Assembly (NCBI RefSeq): GCF_037042905.1
Contig: NC_087251.1
Coordinates: forward strand, 26,972,001-27,036,000
Source: Lytechinus pictus
Taxonomy: Eukaryota
Reading direction: 5' to 3'
Length of the DNA: 64,000 nt
Under the pieces are notes generated by a model. It made no database searches, had not been told where the DNA came from, and saw only the letters and a list, made by a program, of their open reading frames with translations. The position numbers and the translations under genes were made by a program. Shown piece by piece: positions 42,701 through 54,700 of this stretch (positions within the stretch are counted from its first letter, which is position 1; each line of letters starts with the position of its first letter).

Positions 42701-45700
42701 TCATGAAATATATATAGTCAGCTACTTTTCCTTCAGGGCAAAAGTAACAAAAAATTGCAATTTCCATAATAATGACTGAACCATATATTCGTCATAATGA
42801 TTTTGGGAATTTTCTTTGCGTTTTTAGCAATATGTATTAATAAAGCTCAGTGTCATATTTGGAAAATGATGTTTGGTTTCAAAAGAATAAGCGTAAAGTT
42901 GAGTCTTGAGGTCTATCTATGGTGACCTCGAAGGATGAAGGGTTATGATGTAATACCTCGGTCACATTTGCTCTATGGCGGCCGTACGACGAGTCGAAAA
43001 CGTCCGTTTTATTCATTTTTATTCTATAAACCACCTATATGCAGCTGGTACAAGATATGTTAAAACGGCTGTTTTCGACTTGCCGCATGGCCGCCGTAGA
43101 GCAAATGTGACCGAGGTAATAGTGTTGTCATGACAGAGGGGTTATACCAAATGAAAGAACGCAACATATCTTTTTTGAGCAATGATAGCCAATTTCCTTT
43201 ATATTGTAATTGATATTTTCATAACCTTCTAGCAAAAGTGTAAAGGCAGTCCAGTATGTATGTTAGTCTAAAGTCTAAGCCACCAAAGTGTTTTACTACA
43301 TTATAAAATGAATAGCCCCCCCCCCCCACTCCCTTTCCCTTTAAAGATAAGGATACTTTGATATATTAGTTGATATTTTGATAACCTCCTTTGCAAGAAT
43401 GTAAAGGCAGCCTCGGATCCATATGTTGCTCCCAGTGCCCCTGTCAAGGTGAGATTCTGAAACCCCATCAAATGAAATCGTGTTCTTATCTCCTTCCAGG
43501 CTCTTAAAATACCTAATCTTTGTGCATGGTTTTCTATGTGATATGTGTGCACTGATTAAATGATCACTCGATCTAAGAATTCATGGTAATTATGTAGTGA
43601 ATGCTCCATGAATATACAGAACTTCATCTTTTAAACTCAAACAATAATTGTCTTTGTTGTAATATTAAAAATAAAATCATAATTCTACTGTTGAGTCAGG
43701 TTTTATACTACATATTTTTCAGCTTTTGCTTCCAACATATTCATTTAATTTTTTTTAAATGAAGAATTTAATAGCATATTTCAAAGTATCTTCCACACTT
43801 CCATATTTGTCATTAAAAGGGCATATCATATTTCCACTTTTCTTCCATATATTTGAATTAATTACTCATATTTATTACTGGATCTCTTAAATGGTTTATC
43901 TTTCATATCATGTTTTACATATCAACCTAAATCTATAAATGTTATAAAGTAAAAAAAAAAAAAAAGTTCTTTAATACAGGATCCAGTCTTGAGATATATA
44001 TACCTAATGATTTATACAGATTCCTGAATGTGCTCTTGACACTTGAAAATATTTCTATCCACTTTTTTCATTCTCATTAGCTCACTCGCCATGAAAAATA
44101 TCATGCATATCTATGTTCTGTGTATATACATTATGCACTTTTCCATTTAAATATACTCGCAACACTTGACAATTTTCCATTCACTTTTTTTCATTCCAAA
44201 TTGCTAATTTGTCATTTTTTTCGTCAACCATCTCATGTATGTTCTGTGTAAATGTTTCCACCTGTAAATATATCTATTCCAATGACCTTTGCATCTGCCC
44301 CTTCCTATACATTACTGCTGTAAAAAAGGTATATGATAGCTACGCTGCCCCTCCCGTCTCCGCACAATCATCTCAAGCTACCTTTGCTGCTGCTCCAACC
44401 TCCGTCAAGCAGGTGAGAGCAAGTTGTATGGTATCTGGAGATGACAGTTTTCGGATGACCAGCAGCATGCCTTCAACAAGATTTCCTTGTCATATTCAGT
44501 CAGTTTGCGAAGTCTCCTATTATTGCCTGTGCATGGTACTCATTGGTCATAGTGATTGTGTTCTAGAATAGAGAATAAAAAATCATAGTGTATTGACATT
44601 GATGATAATATTTTAATACCCAAGAATATGCAGTATATCATAGAGGTCCATTAGTTTTTGTTTGAAGATGAAGGTAGTAATGGCCCTCTGCATATTCTTC
44701 ATGGCAAATAGGTTACAGCTTTCATCCATTCAGTTCTTGTTCTCTTTGTGGTTGTATGAATGAGTATGGAGAGGAATTTTATTTGTTTATTCAGCCAAGC
44801 TACTTCCAGTCCTATGCACAGCCATGTTTTTCTCCAAGTCTCTCGCCGTCGGGTTACTCATCAAGTTACTCCACTACCAGTTACTCAACGACTGGTTATG
44901 CCCATTCCCCAACTGGTTACGTCCATTCGCCGGCATGGGATCAGACGTCGTATGACTTCACGAGGGTAGGCTACCCCAGAGGTTTCGACCAATCAGTTGG
45001 CCTCATCGCATGAGTTTGATAGTGATCGACGTGACCCTCATGAACACTTGTGTTTCCCCCTTCCTCTTCATAACAAGACATTTTTGAGAGCACTGAAGAA
45101 ATATGTGACACCATCACATCATCCTTTCTTTCACTTAGTGGACATGAGTTTTGACAGGAGTTTCATAGAGTATTCTTCTTCCCCTGTCGAGTTTTGATGT
45201 GAATTCATGTGCATACTGATTTGTCATGCTTCGATCATTGGTCATTTCTCTTACTTTTGTCAAGTTAAGCAATTTCTTGGCTGTTATTGATTCGTTGGAT
45301 TTGATACTTTGATTTTTTTCTCTCTTTCGGTTTGCAACATTCATTTGGTATGTGAGATGCTATTGGAGCAGACTGATGTTTACATTTTTCTTCTTAATTT
45401 GAAAAGTTTTGGGAATTTTTGAAAAAGAAACTTCACTTTTATTTTGCTATCTTCAGATCTTTATTTTTGTAAATAGATTCCCATATTAAAGTATGAGTCT
45501 CATTGTGAGTCCACCATTTCCCCCCGAAAACGTATAAGATAGCAAAGGCAATGAGTAAATGATAAATTTGAGAAAAATGCAACTGAACAATGAATCACAA
45601 GTGCAGGGACGAAACAAGCATTAATCAGATAGAACTAGCAGTGAGAACCCAGGAAAACTGTATTTTTTCATTGAAGTTTGTAATTAATTGGAAAGAGACA

Positions 45701-48700
45701 CACTGTTATGTATCCATGATTTTGAAGACAGAATGTTCAACCAACCTCTTCTGAATTTTTTATATGCGTGACATCACAATCACAATGTAAGGGCACAAGT
45801 TGCACAAGTTTCATACCATGTAATTACATGCAAGATTGTTTAAAAATCATTCTGTTAGATGTAAAAAGAAAATAATAGTGGTCCACCAACCAAACCTTGA
45901 GGTACTCCATAGTTCAAGTACATTGTAGTACTTCTATAGACATGTGACGAAGAACCTTATTGAATATAATGTGAAATATTTGAAGGAAGAAAACCAGTGT
46001 TCACTTTTGTATCTAGAATAATTGTCATATTGTATGATTCTTATGTTGAAATCAAAACATCACCAGAAACATTTTTTAGAAAGTGTTGTCAAGGGAGATG
46101 ATGCCCTCCAAATAACTTATTTTTTTAAAGTTGGTTATAACCAACAACAGAAAAGAAACCTGATGGTATGGAAAAAGACAAAAAGACATGAAAATGAACC
46201 AAAAAAACACAAACAAAATGAGCAGTCACCTGATACCATGCTCCTCAGTTTCCCACCTTTTAAAACAAAGATTACACTACATGTAGGTGACCATGCCTTT
46301 GTTAGTGCTTCACTATAAACCACTCTGCAATTGTCCATATGCATACCACTATGCAACCTTCAAACATTGATTGAACAAATATGATTCAAACAGATTAGCA
46401 AATTTCCCCAGGTTGTTGTTAATTATGTGTGCAGAAGAGGTACCATGCTTGGGGTGGTCTAATAAAGCTAGTTTTATAGGTCTGCATGGTATTAGAATCA
46501 CACTGGGATATGTTTTCATACTTAATGAACCCAAATCATTCCTGGGGGGTGTTTCACAAAGATTTGAATATGACTTAGAGTCGCGCTTAAATGCCTAGTT
46601 GCATGCGTTATAGAAGGCATAACCGCATTGGTCAGATCATGCAAAGAAGGCGCGCACTCCTGCATATTTATCAATTGCATTGCGCGTTGTATTTCAGATA
46701 CGCTTCGGCATTTAGGTGCGATTTAAATCATACTTAAATCTTTGTGAAACACCCCCTTGCTATTTTAAGAAAGTGGAAATGTAGTTTTTACCCTGTTCAA
46801 TTTTGACTAGTGATAATTCAATCTACTAAGGTCTTCATTGAGAATCTGATTTATCATCCAATAATTCGGGAATTGCTCCAGTTGTTTTTGAAGTTGCAAA
46901 ACAGCTTCATGAAACAGGTTCTTGTGATTTAATTTTGCATACTGCCCACTGCTTTGTTTTTTTTCCAATTGTTCAGTATATGTATGGTTATATAGTATAG
47001 AATCACAAGACAGTATACACCTATAGATATATGAGAAGTGGTTGGTAGTCTCTAATTTTTTGTTATAGTACTAAAAGTATAAGGTTTCATATCAAATAGA
47101 GAGTAATCAGATATATACATGCATCATTCTTGGGTTAATGATTTACATACTTTAAAAACAAATATTTAACGTTGGATTGCGGACTTTGTAGTTGAGGTTT
47201 TTTCGTTTGTGGAGGAAAATACATATGATTACTTTTAGTCTGATAAAGCAATTTTTTAATATTAAGGCTGTCTTCCATAAAATGTGAGTTTGAAGATGGT
47301 AAATGGATTTTATTTTTTATATATATACTGAATAAAACTAATAATACATTTGTTAATTCATTAATTCAGATAAACTATTCATTTTTAATCAGTAATTTAG
47401 AAATTGCATGCCATACATTCTGTATTGATAAGTAACATTTGTGCATACAGAGTTAACACAAAAGAAGGTCCAAGGTATTTTGTCCACATAATTGCTGCTA
47501 TATTTGCTCTTCACCAAACCAAATGTTGGAAGCATGGTTGCTTGATATATCTGTCCTGTTCACATCTCAACACGTCAATAATTTTTTTGGCAGAAGTTTT
47601 TAACTTTGGGATATATGCAGTATTTCCATATATTTCAAATATATAGACATTTATTTATTTAATTTGTTTTGTGGGGGGGGGGAGTTGGTGGCCAAAACTA
47701 AACTCATTGAAAGTAAACAGAATTCTCAGATCAGAGTTTCATCATAGGAATATGTGTGCTTTGTAACACCCATATAATGCGCCCTATTAGTATATATATA
47801 TATTGAGAAATACATCAGATACAAAATCTTAAGAAAGAGACAAAGATATAAAAATACATTGGATATACATGTAGGTACGGAACGTTCTGCGCAGACAAAT
47901 ATTTTGAGGAATGATCTATTGTGTTTTAGCAATGATTTGTCTATTCAGAATATTCCAGTGCCCCTGGGTTCACATGTTCAGAATCATGAAGTTCAGGTCT
48001 TGTAATAATTGTTTGAGATACAAACGAAGTGATGTAACTTCTATTTTGCGCTGCATAGCATGGAGATAAACTATTTAATGTCTTGAGGTAAGCATATCCA
48101 AGAGCAAATATCATAGGGTCAAAGCTCATTTCATTGGGAACGTGAAGTCACTGTACATGAGACATGCATTCTCAAATTTTGTCAATTCTCAATTCTCAAA
48201 CTAATTGAGGAAAATCAACTGATTATGCAGAATCGGAGTGAGATGCGTAAACCGGATCATGTAAGTCATTTGTATTAAAAAGTTATTCTCCAATATATAA
48301 GGTTTTGGAAAATTATGCAGAATGCAATCAGTGTATTTGAGAATGTTACTTGCCTGGTGACTAAGAATTGGTGAGGTATACTATTAGCAGTATTATGAAG
48401 TCAAATATTAGGAGCTTGTATCTAACTGTAATGTTTAAAAAGGTCCCACTCGGTTTAAAAAATAATCTTTTTATAAATCTAGGCCTATACTTTAAAACAT
48501 ATGGAATATGTTGGAAAGAATAAATTTGTATTTATAGTGATGTCTTGGTTACTGAGGAAGGTAATATATTTTTCTGGGGAGCCCTTTTCTATTATTATCT
48601 CGTGAAAATTTGGGTAGAAGTGTTTGGATTGTGAAGATGATCACCCTCAGTCTGGGTTTGGGACAATGGTTTGGTATAGCATGGATTCCCTTTAAGAAGG

Positions 48701-51700
48701 TTGGTTTATGTAAGAGCTAGAAGCAGCCAAGAAAAGGCAGAACATCATTATCATTTAACCTTCCTGATGTTTATTTTCCCTGGTTTCACGTAGATGATGA
48801 ATACCTTGGACTTCCCTGATGAATACAATCACATTTGATGAGAAGAATTGTGTAATGGTAGTGTTGATACATGGCCTGTTGAGAGTGGTTTTGATAAAAG
48901 TAGCTTAACAATCAATTATTTTGTTCATCACTACATTACTGTTACTGAAATATTTGTTGACAAATACTGTTCATGTGTGGACTCAGTAAGACATGTTCTC
49001 TTATTTCTGAAGTGTTATTATTAGTTTATGACTTTGTCATGCATTTAATCGATTTTCATACCATTCAAAATGGAGATTCCTTTGTGCAGATTGTTCTATG
49101 AACTGAAAAGTTCATATGAGTAAAGTGACTGTTCAAGTCCCCTATACTCATTTGGAGTTCATGTTATTGTGATAAATTAAAAAAAAGTTTTGTTGTAGGA
49201 TTGAACATTTATATTAACATGTATTAGTACAAGATGTGATTTGAGGTGAATGTTTGCTGTGATTGATTGTAGCATGTCATTTAATTTCTAAACATTTTTG
49301 CATACTGATGTGTTAACTGTGGAAAATATATAAAAAAAGAATCAGTTATGGTTTTTTTTCCAAAGATTAAACTGCAATTCATATGTAACTGTAAAGTATT
49401 ATTTATCACTAAAGTACTTTTGAAGGCCCTTTAGTTGAGCATATTTAAGTCATTAAGTTTTGATCCCTTGCAAGTTCAATAATGAGAATAATTATAGAGC
49501 CTGTCTGCAGCAAATTAGGTTATTTAACATAGGCTTTATGATATATGGGGACTATTTCACATACAGTAAAGTTTGACACATGTCCTCTAAACAGGATCTG
49601 ACCAGTGTGATGATGAGTTATAAGCCTCAAACAACTGGGATTTTAAAGTCACTCTTAACTCTTTGTGAAACAGCTCCATGGATCAAGAATTCATGAAACA
49701 TATGTATAATATTAGAGAAGCAAATGTATTTTATATTCTCTGTGGTGAACCTGGAGAAACTACATCCCCCCATCATGCACATCTTATGGAGGATGCAGAA
49801 TATATTGCCTATAGTTTAGGGAAGCTAAAAGTTATTCAAATCTGCAATGTTTATAATTACTGTATGCTTTTACACAAGACCCATGGAACATTCTTATACA
49901 TATGATAAATGACCAGAATGAAGTGTTATCAATATTTGAAAAAAAAGGTCTTTGGAATTCATTTGTATGAGTTTATCTGTATTTTTCTTTCACATTCAAG
50001 TTTTGTAACATTCTCACTATGGTTCACAGTCATCGTCCCCTACATAAATATATTCAATTCAAAAGTTGACCATTGCTTACCACTACAGACAAAGTCGGTC
50101 TCTGTACAAAGTAGTGTAAGGTTTAACAATCACCATAAATACGGAGCTCTACTTGTTCTTATGTTCTATATCTCATGTCATTGGTAATATTTTACACTGT
50201 CTATTAATCATTATTTGATTTCATAATTTTATCCTTGTAGCCACTTCCAGCTCAGGATGAGGCACAGACTGCCAAATTCCGAGAGTTCTTCAAGAAGCTC
50301 ACAGGGGATGTAAGTTCTTGTACAGTTTTCTCTTGTGTTAGGTACTATTTAACCCTATCTAGATTTTTCATGATAAATCCGTAACGCAAAAAGGTTGATG
50401 CGACGTTGCATAACTATTTTCATTCAAGTCTGATGCAACATGTTATATCACTAATATCAAACTTGAAATTGAAACCATGGACTCTACGCATAAAAGGTAT
50501 AATAATAACTTTTCCATCCATTGTTAACTACCATGGTACATTGCTCAACAGCCAATCAGAATCAAGGATTCCATGCAAATCATTAGTGAATGGCAAGGGG
50601 ATTATAATATAAAGCAAATAATCTTTATTTGTAAATTTGAAGGACAAACAATTACTTTCGAGTTAAGCTGGATGTAGCTATCTTTTGGAAGCAAAGCTGA
50701 GGAAAGATTGAGTGTATATGACATTCCACAGGCAAAATGGAAGGTTATAACTTTTGTTTATAGACCGCCCCCCCCCCCCCCCCCCCCGAGTCATATTCTC
50801 AGATAAAATACACACTTTAATTTTCAGTAAATGTATTATCTTTGGAATGGAAGCTCTTCATGTGTCCAGATGGAATATGATTTGATGACGTTTATTCTGT
50901 TCTTTTGACAGGATATGGAAGTGGACGCCTGGGAACTGCAGGAGATCTTAAACGCAGCCCTCAAACGAGGTGAGTGACCATACTATACTAAACCTCTAAT
51001 AGATTTAGGGTTTCAACACAGTGCAATCATTACATTACATTCCAAGCACAGACTGCCACCAACCCAATAGATCATTGCTCCAAGTTCAAGACTTCACATG
51101 GATCTCCTATCCCCCCTTTTTATTTAGACATTTGACACTAAAGGTTGCTGGAAGCAATAGCATAAAAACATCAGTCATAAAGTTTGCTGGGAATGAACTA
51201 AATATTTCTAATTCTTGACACTTTTTTCAAAAATGGCACTGATAAAAAATTCACTGTGTCAAATGACAGTATAGTTGTAATATTGTGTAGAAATAATATG
51301 AGAAACTTTTTCTTTTTCATATATCCTGTGTAATGATTTAGCTTTTGCAATGATCTGTGGGACCCCTGAATAATCAATCTCATTAAAAGCATTCAACCAT
51401 AAAGACAGTCACACGCTGGCCTTGTTATCTCACATTAACCCTTTTCATTATGCCATTGTACCCATACTTCATTCAAATCATGAGAAAGTGAATATTCAAT
51501 TTGACCCCGGTCACATCTATTCTGGTTCATTATTGATTAGCAAAATGGAAACAGCGCAAAATGTGACAAATCAAACGTCCCTAAACATTTCCCAGACCTT
51601 GCGTTTAGTCAGTCAATGTTCCCTGGAACATGTACTAAATCCAGTGTAGCGCCCTCGATGTCAATCTGGATCAGGGTCCCGTAACACAAAAGTTCTAGCA

Positions 51701-54700
51701 ATTAATCATATGATTGATTGTACATTGTGGTCAATGCAATCAATCGCAAAGATGATGATTGCTAGGCTTTGTGATATGGGCCCTTGCATTCCCACATAGA
51801 TGACTCCTTGGCCCGTATTCTGAAGTCAGGTTTAATTCAGACCATGGTCTAACTCTGTGCTAAAATTATGGGAAGCCAAAAGTGTCAAAATTTGTATTAA
51901 GTTGTATGTTTACTGTGCTCTTTCCTGATTCATCGATGGTGAAGACAATCATCTATTTATACTTCCCACACAAATATGAATGATTTGAGAGCCAAATGAG
52001 CTGAAATATTATATCTCTACTGCTAGTGATTTATGTAACAATTGGCTATCCATACTTAAACCACAACTTTAAACCTGAGTTTAAGTTAAACCCGACTTCA
52101 GAATACGGGCCCTTGTCTCTCCGGTTTGGGCATCCTAATGGAAATGCGTGGGCTTGTTTGGTTGGTGTGGCCTCCTTCACCACAGTCACACCAACTATAT
52201 ACCCACTCAAGACCGACCAAAACTATTACATTATTCCCTATGGCATACCATTACTCAATTTGGTGTCTGTTCCGTGGGTGCGACTGCAGCATAATATGCA
52301 CATAAACCGCTACTTTTGTAATGGGTGCCATTTCTTCGTGTATCATTAACCAATGCAAGGGGGAGCGTTTGCTGTGAACGGTTGATTGGAGTGGACTAAC
52401 CACCAATACCTCTTTCTGCTCAATTGTAGGAATAAGTTGGTAGAATAGTGAATGTGGTATACTTGTAGGAACAGGAGTAAAGAGAGTGTAGTGGTTTCAT
52501 GGTACAAGAGAAGACGACAAGAACACACTTGTCTAAGTTCACACTTGTCTCCTGAAAATGACAAGAACACAATTGTTGAAACGTTGAATTTTGATGGTCC
52601 TTTTCAGGACCAACGCGTGCCCTGAAAGAATACATAGTGAAACCACTGCACTCGTCTTCTTCGTCATGGGAACCTTCAGAAGGAACAGAGTAGTTTACAT
52701 AGGATTATTTATAATTCATTTGATTTTGTTTTCAAATAATAATTGAGGTAGCAGGATATGCTAATATTCATGATTAGGATGCAAAAGCTCAATATGATTA
52801 CAATCATTGCAATCACATTATACGCACACACATAGTACCTACACATCAGTGTACAGAGATACCTGGGTGATTGATTGACATGCTCGGTTGCTATGGGTGT
52901 CATAGCTATGTTAAAAACATAGCTAATGTCCAAGTTCACACTTGTCTCCTGAAAAAATTGAAAAATTAAATGCAAATTTTAAATCCACACTTCTGATTGT
53001 TAAAGATCGGTTGTATTTGATTTTTGTACTTCTATTTGATTGCAACTGTTTGTACTATAGGTCCATGCGCGCTGTGTCATTGTAGTTATGGCAACTGAGA
53101 AGTTTCTGCTTTAGAGTACAGAAATGATGTCATCTTATTGGTTGAAGGCAGGCATGCCATTAAAATTCAGCTTTTTTAATAGGGCTTCAATATCAGCATA
53201 AGAATCATTCATACATCAATTTATACATTTTAATCAAGAAGTGAACATATATATGTTGCTTTTGTTTTGTCCATTGTATGTTAATCTACCGGTATATATA
53301 TGGGAATTTTGAACAAACTTAACAAGGAAAAGATTAGTATAATAATGATTATTGACAAATGGGCTACTAATCTGTGATTAAAGAAACACAATTTATATAG
53401 TTCTATATATTGCTTATTTATTTCTGATTAAAATGACGGAAAGAAACATATTATGGAAAAAAATTATTTCCTAACCATTTGAAATTATCTTCTATTCAGT
53501 GTGCTTGCCCTATTGATAATCATGCATTCAAGTACCTGACTTTGATGATTATATATTAATGATTTAATATGCAAGACATAATACTATTGCATTCTGAGAG
53601 CTATTAACCAACATATTCATTCTTTAATTTCTCTTTTTTACCAATTGCATGAATAATATTGCTATGTAAATTGACAGAAGGTTAGTGAGTCAACTTAATA
53701 GCGATTCTGAAACAAAGGCTTCTGTCTGATACCTGATCAATAGGCTGCAATTTCTATACCTTTCAACTTTTATTTCATTTTTAATTGACTTTCAAACCAA
53801 ATCTCACCATCCTGCTAATAAAAAGCAATTTGTCTCCAATTTTAGAGTCCAAGAGAAAGTTTTTTTGTGCCACAAGTACATGTCATGTATCTTGATGTCA
53901 AAGCAGAAAAAAATGTTTGAATATGATTCCCTCATGCGTAGAATTGTCTGATGTTGCTTCTCTCAGCTCCAAACATTCACAGGACTTTTGATTCAGCTGT
54001 GTTTGTTTAGTCTTTATAGTTTCCTTGTGTTTGAAATTGTTTTAAAAGAAAAAATGATACATAGTTAATTGCATATATACAAAATTTAGAATAGATACAA
54101 ACAATTCTAGGCATCACATTCGAGACTGTCTACTTTAATGTCAAATAATTCTTTTGCATATTATTAAATTCTTTTGATTATTTGTAATTTTGTCTGTGAT
54201 AAAATTTTGATTGAAAATAAATTTGAAATAAAATAATAATTTTCATTGAATTGATTGGATGAATATTGCAACTTCTTCATGTTGATAGTGACCATGCTTG
54301 TATTTGATATTTATTTTGGAAACATGATCTTAATATGAGATGATATTCTTTTAATATCACTTTCTGTATGCTTTATTTCTTCAGTCAAATACCTTTCATT
54401 GTTTTTCCTAATGTTATTATTAAACCAATCAGTTGAAGATGTTTTTCATATTTACATTTTAAATTCTTGGTAGGATTTTAATTTGATTTACTAAATAATT
54501 ACATTGAAATAGTTTAATATAAAGCTAAAACCTATGCAGATACATTCCGATTTTTTATGCTGCTTATAGAAGACACATTAAAATAAGGATAACAAAATAA
54601 AATGATAAATAAAGGGGAAAGATTGTAGGTAGTATTTTAGGCATTCACATTCATATTCCACTCAATCCCAATACAGTGTTGCTGTCACTTTGGCAATTTC

